Notes under the pieces: generated by a model
Databases searched by the model: none
The model's input: only the letters and a program-made list of their open reading frames with translations
What the model was told of the DNA's origin: nothing
Translations under genes and position numbers: made by a program
Assembly (NCBI RefSeq): GCF_036321535.1
Contig: NC_087437.1
Location: 120,902,001 to 120,966,000, forward strand
Direction of reading: 5' to 3'
Length of the DNA stretch: 64,000 nucleotides
From: Camelus dromedarius
Lineage: Eukaryota
In this document: positions 22,401-33,300 of the stretch, in pieces
How the letters are laid out: each line of letters opens with the position of its first letter
Position numbering within the stretch: position 1 is the stretch's first letter

Positions 22401-23996
22401 CATGATACCGTCAGACAGAGACACAGACACAGTAACCAATTTAACAACAGAAGTGCAAGACCCGTGCAGCGAAAACCATAAGCCGCTGTTGAAAGAAATG
22501 AAAGCTCAAACAGACGTGACGCTCATGCATCAGGAGATGGGGTATCGTTCAAGCGGCAAGCCTCCCCAGAGCAGTCGGCAGATCCCTCTCAGAATCCCAG
22601 CGGCTTTGGTTTTGTTTGTTCTGTTTTTTTTTTGGAAATTGACAAGCTAATCCTAAAATTCATATGAAAATGCAGAAGATCTCACATAGGCAAATCCACA
22701 GAGAAAGAAAGCAGATTCGTGGTTGCCTGAGGCTGAAAGAGGGGAGGTGGAGGGGTGAGGAATGGGAGTGACTGTTAATGGGGAGCAGTTTCTTTCTGGG
22801 GGTGATGAAAATGTCATAAAACTGGATTGCAGTGTTGGCTGCACGTTATCTGTGAATACGTTAAAAGACACTGACGTGCACACTTTAAATGGAGCATTGG
22901 GGGCCGCCGGGGCGGGAGAGGGCGTGAGCTGGGCGCGCGCTGCCTCCTCCCAGGGATGGACACCTGGGCGAGGCTGACGCCCCTTTGCCTGGGCCGCCGT
23001 GCGGCCTCTCACCTTCTATGTCTCGCTGGTTCACCTGGACTTCATACGCGACAAGATCTGAAAAAGAAAAACAGCAGCCCTCCTCCGCCTGTCTCCTCAT
23101 TTAAATGGGTGGAGAGGCGAGCTTCACGAGTTGATCTGCTGGCGTCGCAGGAGCCAGAGGACCACCGCCACCCTCTCCTACACCTCGAATATCCGCGCTT
23201 TGGGGGTGGGGTGGGGACGCTTTGGGTCAGGCCCTCCTGCTCCTGGATGACGTGTGAACATTGCAGAAGCACGGAACCCCAGACGCTGCCCGGGCCTGGG
23301 CTCAGCAGCCTAAGCGGTAGGCCCAGTTCCTGAAGGAGCCCTGACCTCTGCGTGACCTGGGTGACGGAGGGGATGAGAGCTCGCTGGAGCCCACCAGGAT
23401 GACGTCCATGCTGTGCTCCGCCTCCAGGTCCACGACTAGGGCAGCGGCCATGGGACACAAACCAGGAGACAGGACACGCACGAGAGAGGGAGAAAATGGC
23501 CCGTCAGCCTGTCTTGGAGCCTCTGGTCCCCAGCGTGGGGACTGAGTAGACCGCCCAGCTCGACCCCTACCCGCCTCCCACGGTGACACCTCCCTGTCCC
23601 AATCTGGGAGGTGAGTGCCCACCTGGAGAGGGGGCTGGCTGGATGCCCCCACCCAGGCCCCCGCCACAGTGTCGGTCAGGTGGGCCGCTTCTCCCCACAA
23701 ACGGGAGAACAGAGGGCGTTACAGGGCCCGAGGCACGCCACCCCCCTTGTACCTCCACCTGTGGCTGTGGGCCCCTCAGCCAGGCCGATGTTCCTGCCTC
23801 CCACACTGTCCCCCAGGCCCCAGCCTGTGGGCTCTGGGGCCGAACCCTCAAAGGCAGGAGGCTGGGGAGAAGGAGAAAGGGCCTCATGGATTTCACAGGG
23901 TGGCGGCCACCGCGCCCCATCCAGTGTCCCCGCTGGGTCAGGGTCCGAGTCGTCCAGGGTCTCCAGACTCAGGGTCCCAGGGGAGGAGAGGGCCAT
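10273..23996 (-). CDS. DNMT3L: DNA (cytosine-5)-methyltransferase 3-like. Exons: 23888-23996 (donor anomalous), 23346-23435 (or from ATG 23451), 23013-23057, 22292-22371, 22106-22218, 21177-21348, 19205-19292, 17987-18075, 16079-16154, 15413-15552, 12205-12290, 10273-10486
   Basis: ADD domain ([48 protein letters not shown]...[14 protein letters not shown]...WVCFLC) and a degenerate MTase domain ([49 protein letters not shown]). The frame is open across exons 2-12 with GT-AG introns. Length is 402 aa from ATG 23451, or about 430-433 aa from ATG 23996. Confidence 0.97.
12205..12290 (-). CDS. DNMT3L: DNMT3L exon 11, 86 nt
   Basis: ccctcag|ACGGACCCC ... GTGAGGAG|gtactt; [28 protein letters not shown]. 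Confidence 0.92.
13380..14250 (+). mobile_element. Old, fragmented L1 ORF2 remnants
   Basis: A-rich; ctggaaacatttcctcgaatgtcaggaacaagacaggcatgtccc...ttcaacattgt resembles the L1 RT segment (GTRQGCP motif remnant). Confidence 0.6.
15413..15552 (-). CDS. DNMT3L: DNMT3L exon 10, 140 nt
   Basis: cccccag|GGTGGTAC ... CTGGAG|gtgtgt; [15 protein letters not shown]...[10 protein letters not shown]...RFLE. Confidence 0.93.
16079..16154 (-). CDS. DNMT3L: DNMT3L exon 9, 76 nt
   Basis: ctgcag|GTGGAGGAA ... CCTG|gtaaga; [25 protein letters not shown]. Confidence 0.93.
17987..18075 (-). CDS. DNMT3L: DNMT3L exon 8, 89 nt
   Basis: cccag|AGTTGACG ... AGGGAC|gtaagt; [29 protein letters not shown]. Confidence 0.93.
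19205..19292 (-). CDS. DNMT3L: DNMT3L exon 7, 88 nt
   Basis: gaatag|AAGAGTCCC ... AAAG|gtgagt; [29 protein letters not shown]. Confidence 0.92.
21177..21348 (-). CDS. DNMT3L: DNMT3L exon 6, 172 nt
   Basis: ctctag|ATGCTAC ... GAGGCG|gtgagg; [17 protein letters not shown]...KAFYDREA. Confidence 0.94.
22106..22218 (-). CDS. DNMT3L: DNMT3L exon 5, 113 nt
   Basis: gccaag|GACAAG ... ACCCG|gtgagg; [37 protein letters not shown]. Confidence 0.94.
22292..22371 (-). CDS. DNMT3L: DNMT3L exon 4, 80 nt
   Basis: ccttag|ACATGTGC ... TGCAAG|gtaagc. Confidence 0.94.
22400..22890 (+). mobile_element. Old L1M fragments (ORF2 and 3' UTR pieces)
   Basis: gaaattgacaagctaatcctaaaattcatatgaaaatgc; gagtgactgttaatgggg...tctgggggtgatgaaaatgtc...tgtgaatacgttaaaa. 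Confidence 0.65.
23013..23057 (-). CDS. DNMT3L: DNMT3L exon 3, 45 nt
   Basis: tttcag|ATCTTGTC ... GAAG|gtgaga; [15 protein letters not shown]. Confidence 0.93.
23346..23451 (-). CDS. DNMT3L: DNMT3L exon 2 (human-type ATG at 23451; likely acceptor at 23437-23436 would start the exon at 23435)
   Basis: [35 protein letters not shown]; donor CAGAG|gtcagg. Confidence 0.88.
23888..23996 (-). CDS. DNMT3L: DNMT3L putative coding exon 1 (N-terminal extension)
   Basis: [36 protein letters not shown] resembles the recalled bovine and mouse N-terminal extension. Phase 1 fits the exon-2 acceptor, but the donor position reads ATGAG. Confidence 0.6.
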
Positions 23997-24049
23997 GGAA
24001 CCGCAGAAAGGGCTTTCCAGAAACCAGCAGGAAAGCGGGGTGGTGGGCT

Positions 24050-24130
24050 GGCCGGGTGGGGGGACGCAGAGTGGGGGCAGGGTCCCCACGTGACGTGCGG
24101 GGGCGGGACAGGAGCGGGGGAGGGGGGAGT
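24050..24130 (-). promoter_or_regulatory. DNMT3L proximal promoter candidate
   Basis: Overlapping E-box CACGTG (24087-24092) and CRE-like TGACGT (24091-24096), plus GC box GGGGCGGG (24100-24107), about 100 bp upstream of ATG 23996. Confidence 0.5.
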
Positions 24131-24619
24131 GTAGCGGAGCCTTTAGTGCCAGAAGGTGTTGGGTGGAAAGGTGAGAGGTCATGTGGGGGGTGCTTCTGCT
24201 GGATGGGGGGGGTCAGGGAGCCCAAGGGGGTGAGGGGGAGGAGATTCCTCAGAGTGGGGAGGGATGAAGAGAAGAGATCCGTGCAGGGGAGGGGGGGTCT
24301 TGAGGGTGAGGGAGGGGGGCTCAGTAATGGGGCACTCAGTGCGGGGGTGGGGTGCTCAGGGGCGGGGCTAAGGGCGCTCAGTGCTCTGGGCAGGAGGGGA
24401 GGAGGGGCTTAATGCGGTGGGGTGGGTCAAGGGCAATCAGCGGGGCGGGAGAGGGGGAACGGGGAGCGGGGGTGTTGGTTGGGACCCGGAGGAGGCATAA
24501 CTCCTCTCTCTCCGGCTTGGGTGTGGGTTGAGTCTCCTGACATCCTCGTAAAAATTGCACTGGGAGGTGGGGGGAGTAACTTTGCTGACAAACAGCTCTG
24601 CTGGCTAGTGGTCTGTCGG

Positions 24620-25070
24620 GTTGACAGTCCATGCCCCAGATACCAGGAGATGAGAATGCCTGTCCCCTCTGTGGGCTCCCTCCCCACCCATAACCCCTGC
24701 CTCCACCCATGGCAAAAGCACCAGAAAATTCCAGAGGAGCGACAGCCACCAGAACACCTGCCCAGGGCTCCTCAAAACTGTGAAGTTCATCAAAAGCAGA
24801 GAAAGTCTGAAAAACTGTCACAGCCAAGAGGAGCCTAAGGAGACTTGTGGACTAAATGGGACAGAGAAGGGACATCAGGGGAGAATGAAAGATGTCCAGT
24901 GAGCCACGGCTTAGTCGTGTCAGGAATCGGGTGTCAGTGCTGCCTCATTAACTGTAACAAACGTATCACACGGACGCAAGACGTTGATAGTAAGGGAGAC
25001 TGGGTGGGGGCTGTGGGGGTTCTGCATCAGCTTTGCAGACTTCCTGCAGATAAAACCTGTTCTAAACTAG
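24620..25070 (+). mobile_element. L1MC/L1MD-like 3' UTR fragment
   Basis: ctcctcaaaactgtgaagttcatcaaaagcagagaaagtctgaaaaactgtcacagccaagaggagcctaaggagac. Confidence 0.6.
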
Positions 25071-25394
25071 TTTCTGTTTTGACAATGCAGTATAATGAAC
25101 TACAGTCACCATGCTGTACGTTATGTCCCTAACATGATTGACTTATTTTTCACCTGGAAGTTTGTACCTTTTGACCCTCTTCACTCATTTCACCCAGCCC
25201 CCAGTTCCTACCTCTGACTGCCACCTTCTCTGAATCTATGAGTTTGGGTTTTTTTTCCTTCTTCTTCTTAATTCCACATGTAAGTGAGATCATATGGTAT
25301 TTGTCTTTCTCTGACTTACTTCATTGAGCATAATCCCCTCAAGGTCAACCCATGTTGTCACAAATGGGAAGATTTCACTTTTTTTTCACATCCC

Positions 25395-25396
<2 letters not shown>

Positions 25397-25427
<31 letters not shown>
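25397..25427. repeat. (TG)n microsatellite
   Basis: About 15 uninterrupted TG units. Confidence 0.9.
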
Positions 25428-25430
<3 letters not shown>

Positions 25431-26435
25431 CATACACATGGCACACTTGCTTTATCCATTCATCCACTGGTGGGCACTTAGGTTGTTTCCATGTCTTGGA
25501 TGTTGTAAATACGCTGCAATGAACAGGGCTGCAGATAGCTTCTCAAAGTAGTTTTCGTTTTCTTTGGATGAATACCCAGAAATGGGACTGCTGGATCATA
25601 CAGTAGGTCTATTTTTAATTTTTTGAGGAACCTCCATACTGTTTTCCACAGTGGCTGCACCAATTACATTCTCACAACAGTGCACAAGAAGTCTCGTTTC
25701 TCCACGTCCTTGCCAGCAGTTGCTGTCTCTTGTCTTTTTGGTGAGGGCCATTCTGACAGGTGTGAGGTGGTATCTCCTCGTGGTTTGGGTTTGCAATTCC
25801 CTGGTATTAGTGATGCTGAGCACATCTTCTTGTTCCTGTTGGCCATCTGTATGTCTCCTTTGGAAAACTATTTATTCAGATTCTTTGCCTGGATTTTATA
25901 TCAAATTGTCTGTTGTTCTGCTGCTGAGTTGTATGAATTCCTCATGTATTTTGGCTACTAACCCCTTATCAGATGTATGATTTTCAACTGTTTTCTCCCA
26001 TTCAATTCATTGCCTTTTCATTTTGTTGATGGCTTCCTTTGCAGCGATGGAGTTTTTAGTATGGTCAAGTTTTTTGTTTATTTTTGCTTTTTTGTTGCCT
26101 TTGCTTTTGGTGCCAAATCGGAAAAACCATCACCAAGACCGATGTCAAAGAGTTTACCATCTATGCTTTCTTCTAGGAGCTTTATGGTTTCAGGTCTTAC
26201 ACTCAAGTCTTAAATCCATTTTGAGTTAATCTTTGTATATGGTGTAAGATAGTGCTTCAGTCTTATTCTTTCGCATGTGGCTGCCCAGTTTTCCCAACAC
26301 CATTTATTGAAGAGACTGTATACTCGTGGCTCCTTGGTGGTAAATTAATTGTCCATATATGTATGGGTTTACTTCTGGGCTCTCTATTCTGTTCCATTGA
26401 TCTATGTGCTGTTTTTGTGCCAGTACCATACTGTT

Positions 26436-29287
26436 TTTTAAAATTTATTTTTACCTTTAAGCCAGTTTTTATTGTTTTTAATTTATTTATTTATTTTACA
26501 ACGTATTTTTTAAATTGAAGTGTATTTGATGCACAGTATTATGTTACAGGTATACAATATAGCGACTCGTGAATTTTAAAGGTTATACTCCATCATAGTT
26601 ACAAATGTTGGCTGTATTCCTACGCGGTACAGCACGGCCTTGTAGCTTACTCTGTACCCGCCAGTGTGTGCCTGTTAGTCCTCCGGCCCCATCTGGCCCC
26701 GCCCCCTCCCCCGCCCCTCTGGGCACGCTCGTTCCTTCTCTACGTGTGTGAGTCTGCTGCTTTTCTGTTACACTCACTAGTCTGTTGTATTTTTTTCGAT
26801 CCCACATGTAAGTGATGTCTTACAGTATCTGTCTTTCTCTGGCTGACTCACTTCACTCAGCACAGTGCCCTCTGAGTCCAGCCATGCTGTGCACCAGAAA
26901 CAGATACAACATTGTAAATCAACTGCACTTCAATTAAAAAGCAAACAAACAACCAAAGAGCCCATTGAAAATACGGGCAGAAGAACTGAACAGACATTTT
27001 TCCAAAAGAGAAGATGCAGATGGCCAACAGGAACATGAACTGAAAAGCTGCTCAACATCACTAATACCAGGGAAATGCAAGTCACAATCACAGTGAGACC
27101 ACAATCACAGTGAGACCCCGTCTCACACCCGTCAGCATGGCCAGCATCAGAAAGAACGCAAATAACAAAGGTCGGCAAGGATGAGGGGAAAAGGGACCCT
27201 TTGTGCACTGTTGGTGGGAATGCAAATGGGTGCAGCCACCATGGAAAACAATATGGAGGTTTCTCAAAAACCTAAAAATAGAACCACCCTATGGCCCAGC
27301 AGTTCCACTCCTGGGCATATATTCAAGAAAAACAAAAATATTAACTCAAAAAGATACACACACCCTGCTATTAACAGCGGCACTATTTATAACTACCCGG
27401 AAGCGGAAGCACCCTAAGTGCACGTGAAAAGCTGAATGGATTGAAAAGCTGAATGGATAAAAAAGCTGCAGCATGCATATGCAATGGAATGCGACTCACC
27501 CATAAAAAGGAATGTTATTTTGCCATTTGCGGCCCTTCTTTCACATTTTTTTTTCGCACTTCAAAACCCATAATTTTATAGCTGGCATAAACATTTCCAT
27601 TGCACCAAAACCAACAAAATACCTAGAAATAAACTTAACCAAGGTGGTTACTTATACTCTGAAAACTGTAAACCGTTGACGGAGGAAACTGAAGATGATG
27701 CAAAGAAATGGAAAGATATCTTGTGCTCTTGGATTGGAAGACTCAACATTATTAAAACGGCCACACCACCCAAAGCAACGACGGACCCAGGGCACCGCTG
27801 TAAAAGTATTCATGACATTCCTCACAGCACTAGACAAGCAATTCCGAAGTTTTATGGAGCCATAAAAGGCCCCGAACAGCCAAAGCAACCTTTTGTAGGG
27901 CTTTTGTTTTTTTTCCCTCTTTCTTCTTTCTGTTGTCTTTTCTTGTGGTTTGATGACTTAGAGAAGGTCCTTCAACATTTGTTGTAAAGCTGGCTTGGTG
28001 GTGCTGAAATCTTGTAGCTTTTGTTTATCTGTGAAGCTTTTGATTTCTCCCTCAAGTCTGAAGGAGAGCCTTGCTGGACAGAGTGTTCTTGGTTATAGGT
28101 TTCCCCCTTGCATCACTTTAAATATACCGTGCCACTCCCTTCTGGCCTGCAGAGTTTCTGCTGAAAACTCAGCTGATAACCTTGTGGGAGTTCCCTTGTA
28201 TGTTATTTGTTGCTTTTCTCTTGCTGGTTTTCATATTTTTTTCAGGTTCTTTCTCTCTCTCTCCTCTTTCTGGGACCCCTATAATGCAAACATTAACGTG
28301 CTTCATGTTATCCCAGAGTTCTCTTAGACTATCCTCATTTCTTTTCACTCTTTTTTTCGTGTTTGTGGACTCCTTCCACAGGCTTTGGGATTGTTGTTTT
28401 CTTAGCTCTGGTACCTGCCTCTGGTGGATGAGGCTGGACTAGAGGCTTATGCAGGTTTCCTGGCAGGAGGAGCCAGCACCTGCCCACTGCCGGGTGAAGC
28501 TCCGTCCTGGACCTCTGGTGGGTAGGGCTGTGTCTAGAGGTCTTTGTGGCTCAGGAATTCTGCTGATGGATGGGGCTGTGTCCCCACCCTGTGTGTTGTT
28601 TGGTCTGAGTCTTCCCTACAGGCTGCTGGGTGGGGCTGGGTCTTGGTGCTAATGATCCAGTCAAGATCCTCAGCCTCCAGCAAACTCATGTAGATGAACA
28701 CTCCCGGAATGTCCACCACCAGCTTTTCTGTTCCCTGAGTGAGCCGCAGCCGTCCCCCACGTCCCCAGGAGACCCTCCAAGTCCAGCAGGCAGCTCTGGC
28801 CCAGGTTCCTGTGAAGTCACTGCCTCTGCCCTTGGACCTGGTACACGTGCGTTTCTGTGTACGCTTCTCAAGAGAGTGGAGTCTCTGTTTATCCCAGTCC
28901 CGTGGGACTTCTGGAGTTAAGTCCTACTGGCCTTCAAAACCAGATGTCCTGGGGTCTCCTCTTCCTCCCAGTGCCAGAGCCACAGTCTGGGGAGCCCGAC
29001 GTGGGGCTTAGAGCTCTCACCCCCACGGGAGGGCCGCTGCGACTTAATTGTTCTTCAGCTTGTGGGTCGCCCGCCCTGGGGGGTATGGGGCCCAATTATG
29101 TCTTGAGCACACCCCTCCTACCGTCCTGCTGTGGGTCCCTCTTTATGTTTCCAGTTGAAGCAGATCTCTTTTGCTAGGTTCCAGCCTTTTTCCCCCAGTG
29201 GTTGTTCAGCCATCAGCTGTGGTTTTGCTGTAGTCACAAGGAGAGGCGAGCCCGTGGTCTCACCACTCTGCCATCTTGACCAGCAAT
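26436..29287 (-). mobile_element. Rearranged L1-derived insertion flanked by a 15-bp TSD
   Basis: CAGTACCATACTGTT occurs at 26421-26435 and 29288-29302. There is a T-rich tail on the left, an L1-like 5' end (minus-strand AAGATGGCAGAG) on the right, and an internal plus-strand ORF2 segment. Confidence 0.7.
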
Positions 29288-29400
29288 CAGTACCATACTG
29301 TTGTAATTACAACAGCTTTGTAATAGAGTTTGAAGTCAGAGCATGTGATACCTCCAGTTTTGTTCTTTCTCAGGGTTGCTTTGGCAATTCTGGGTCTTTG

Positions 29401-30048
29401 TGAGGCAGGAGGGCAGGGGGCAGGGCACAGCCATTCAAGGAATGACAGCAACTAACACCAAAGCTGAGGAAGATTCAACTCTCACTAGGCCTTGAGGATT
29501 AAGACGGCAGGAGGTCTGACTTCTAGCAGACCTTGAGCTTCATCATATGCTCAGTGTAGCATATCAGCATGATAAATAGCATGCCCGGGGGCGCCAGGAC
29601 AGCCCCAAGGCCGACCACCGAAGGTCAGAGTGGGCGGGGGCCCAGCCCCTGGGAGCCCCAGCCCCCTCCCCAGGTTAGCTGGAGTAGCCCTCCCACCTGC
29701 AGGTGTGAAGCTACCGAGGGTGAAAGCCAGCAGCACGGCCCTTCCCGGCCGCCCCTCCCGCTCCCTCCCCTTTGGAGGCTGCCGCACCCTGTCTGTGGAG
29801 CGTGTGCCTGCTTTTACTGTAACCTGGGCACCCACCCCCCACACCTCATGGCCTTTCTCTTGTCTTTTGAAACAGGCTACACTCTATACAGCATGTGTTT
29901 CTCTAAATAAATCTCCAACTGTGGCTCACTCTTGAATTCTTTCCTACATGAAGCCGAGGACCTGCCATCGGCGGGGCACGTCCCACGGTCTGAGCTGAGA
30001 CCTGGGACTCGGCCCTCCTCACGCTTCAGGTCCGTTTTTCCTGCATCA
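29401..30048 (+). mobile_element. Solo ERV LTR (ERV1-like), 648 bp
   Basis: TG...CA termini with a 9/10 inverted repeat (TGAGGCAGGA / TCCTGCATCA), a 4-bp TSD TTTG (29397-29400, 30049-30052) and AATAAA near 29907. Confidence 0.85.
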
Positions 30049-30246
30049 TTTGTGTTTCTACTCAAACTTTAGGATTCTCTTTTCTGGTTCTCTGAAAAAT
30101 GCCATTGGAATTTTGAAAGGAGTTTCATTGACTCTGTAGGTTGCCTTGGGTGGATGGACATTTTAACAGTATTAACTTTTCCAACCCGTGAGTGTATCAT
30201 TCTAAATACTTTAGAATATTTATTCTAGTTTTTAAAATGTGTTCTG

Positions 30247-30371
30247 TTTTTTGCTGAGGGGAGGCAATTATATTTATTTATTTACTTGTTTTTAATGGAG
30301 GTGCTGAGGAGGGAACCGAGGGCCTCGTGCGCGCTAAGCATGCGCTACACCACTGCGCTGTACCCACCCTC
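30247..30371 (-). mobile_element. tRNA-derived SINE resembling the camelid vic-1-type family
   Basis: The minus strand reads gggtacagcgcagtggtgtagcgcatgcttagcgcgcacgaggccctcggttccctcctcagcacctccattaaaaacaagtaaataaataaa...cctcccc, with degenerate A and B boxes and an A-rich tail. Confidence 0.7.
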
Positions 30372-33300
30372 AGAATGTTTATTCCAAAAGAGTTCATTAA
30401 AACTCTTTCCAGTGGAGGGAAGCGAACGCTGATGATGACAGTGAAACCACTTTCCCCGTGTCTGAGCACCTTGTCTTGGTTGCTTTCTCCTCCTTTTGTT
30501 TAGTTCAGCTTTGCTTTTTAACTTGGACACCAGATTAAAAATGATTATCAGGACCAGAGTGATTGGGGTGCAGGCCCAACCCCCCAACCACATCACCTGA
30601 CCCCCATGTCGCGCAGCAGCCCCACCCTGTCCATGTTGTTCCCTGACAGAAAGGGGATGCGGGGATTCTGGGGGCCCCTTCCAGCTCTGAGGAAGGGATG
30701 GTCGTCTCGCTGCTGGACGTGAAGAGCAGGGAGGGCATCCTGGGGGTCAGGAGCACTTGGTCTGGCAGCGTGGAGCAGAGGCTCATGGAAGGTCCCAGAG
30801 AACAGGACGAGCACTGCTGTGGCCCCAGGACATCTGGGGCAGGTGCCTTCCTGTTGGAGTCCCGGGTCCTGCAGGCGCTGCTGCAGCTTGGCAGAGACCA
30901 ATGTCGTCTGGGGGGAAGCACAGAAAGAGGCCCATGTGGTTTGGAAACAGGTCTCAGGGGAGCTGGCCTCTTGGTGACCGGCTCGGTCTCCGAGGCCACC
31001 ATCAGCATTAGACCCTGAGATGTCAGGCCACTCTGCTGGCGATGTGCACCTGTCCTCACCCACGGACCCCCCAGGCAGCCTGATGTTCACACCATGGGAG
31101 CAAAGGGCAGGACGTGAAACAGGGCTCCATCTCATCTCCACAGGGACCACTAGTGAGCTAAACCTCCCCCTTGCCTCGCACCCAGCAGCAGCCGCACCCC
31201 GCGAGTGGTGGTCCTGAAGCTTCCTGGGCGAACCCCAGCCCTGCCCCCAACAGTCCAGGCTGCTACGGCAGGACATGTGCAGGGCTGGTGTGGGCGAGGT
31301 GAGGACCCATTGACACCCCTGCACGAGCCCCCACATCCCTAGGGCTACGGTGGGCACGTGGTTAGATCCTGCCTGGCCTGGTGGTCACACCCAGGTGGCC
31401 GCGAACACCCTCTGTGTGCTGGCCTGACAGGGTGACCCACAACTTGATCCCAGTTGGGCTCACAGGACCAAGGGCATCCTGACTCCAGTGGACCTCGGCC
31501 CCCTGCCCCGCTGGGCCTGGCAGTGGCCACATACAACCTGGGCAGAGACCATCCCGGTACCAGGGCCCTGGCCAGGGTTCCTGGCACCTGGGAGAGACAC
31601 CCCCAACCCTGCTCAGCCCCCATGCCATCTTTCCACATTCCTGCCAGGCCCCCAGAGTAGCAGGGGGTCTCGGGGCCACCTCTCGGGCAACTGGGAAGGG
31701 TTTTCAGGCGTGTGAAGCAGGGAGGGGTCTGGGAGCCGGTGGAGGGCCGAGTCTCTCCTGGGACGCACACTGGCGGGGGACATTGGGACCACTGTCCCGA
31801 AGCCGCGTCCCGGAAGCGACAGGCATGCAAGCGAGCGTGAAGGACTGGGATTCAGGTCTGTCCCTTTTTCTGCAGACACCAGGTGTGGGCTCCTGGCTGC
31901 TTGTAGGTCTTCTGGGCAGAGGAGGTGCAGAGACCGCCTCTCCTGGGCCGTGGGCCGTGGGCCATGGCAGGGGAGGGGGAGGTGCAAAGCTCTGTGTCCC
32001 CACCCAGAGTGGGCTCGCTGACTCCAGACCCTCATGCTTCCACGGGACAGCAGGCTCCTGGGACGGGCTGGGCTCCGTCACCTTATGTTTCTGGTGCTGA
32101 TTTCCCCAACCTATGCTTCATGCATCCAACTCCACGTGCAGCATTCATAAATGTACCTCGAAGGGAACAACCTCTGCTGAAATAGGTTTGGGGGAAGTGG
32201 AGGGTTAAGTGGGCACTTTTTTCCTGCGGGACTTATCAGAGCCTTTATGCAGTGATGGAAACTGTGACCCTCCAAGCAGGGGAAGGTACACAGCCCAGCC
32301 CAGACCGTCCTGACCACGGCGCCCTGTTCCCAAGGCTGCCTGTGACTGTGCTGCCAGAGCATGGGAGGAGCTGCGGGCTGTGGCCCAAGGCTGGACACGC
32401 CGGCAGGTGGGCTAGTCGGGCTGTAGCACCAGCACCCCGGGGCCCAGGGCTGCGGCAGCACAGGCTGATAACCCGCCGCCTCCTCCTGACCGTGGGGGGT
32501 CCTGGCCCCTGCGTGGCAGACAGTGCCCTCCCACCTGGAGTGTGTGGCAGGGCAGGGGAAGGGAACACGGCGACCCAGAGTTTCAGTGGCCAAGTCGGGT
32601 CACGTGACCCATCTCCACTGGGGTGTGGGGGTGCTTCTCACGCTCGCTGAGGGAACGCATGGATGGATGAACCAACACTCATCCTTCTCCTCAAAACAGA
32701 GCAGTGGGAGTTAAAGAGAAATCTGCCCTCACATGGGGCTTGACCTGCAGAGGACCAGGTTGTGACCCACTCGTCCTGAGGCTCTGGTCTGGCCCCCCTG
32801 CCCCCACTGCAGCTGCCTTGACCACTAATGACGCTTTGCATATGCAGGGTGAGCAGGTAGCCCTGACAGCTGCGAGCCGGCCCGGCCTCACGGCCAGGTC
32901 TCCGTGTACTCCTGGTGGACATCACTGACCTCACAGAGCACGGCCTCGGACAGGCCACTCCGTGTGTGACTGTGGGAGTGGAAAGGACTAGAGCCTTTCC
33001 CAGTCCGCCTGAGCAAAAAAGCAAGGGCGTGAGCCACCCACAAAATGACCAGACGCCCCCTCCCCAGGTGACTGCCTCTCCTCTGCCGCTGGGTGTGAGT
33101 CCTGAAGATGCCCAGTCCCAGAACCGCTCCCCTTCCCATCAGCACCCCATCCACGGCTGCCACAGGGGGGCCTTGGGAGCAGGGCCGCCGGTCAGGACCC
33201 TGGTGTCTGGGCCCTCGTTCATGGTGGCGTCACCGCATTCATGTCTCTGAGAGCGTGGTGCTGACCCACCTGCTTCCTCAATCTAACCTGCTGTTCCTTC

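Larger units (their letters stand above)
25080..30200 (-). mobile_element. Antisense L1 (3' UTR plus ORF2 C-terminal part: 25080-26435, 29288-29400, 30053-30200) interrupted by two insertions
   Basis: Minus-strand ORF remnants [33 protein letters not shown] and [10 protein letters not shown] are L1 ORF2 C-terminal motifs; the sequence is collinear across both insertions. Confidence 0.85.

Noticed and set aside
10273..23451. DNMT3L as a pseudogene
   Set aside because: Exons 2-12 have an intact frame, canonical splice sites and all ADD cysteines. Absence of catalytic motifs is normal for DNMT3L.
30300..30371. tRNA gene
   Set aside because: The B box is degenerate, there is no clean acceptor stem, and an A-rich tail follows, so this is a SINE rather than a tRNA.
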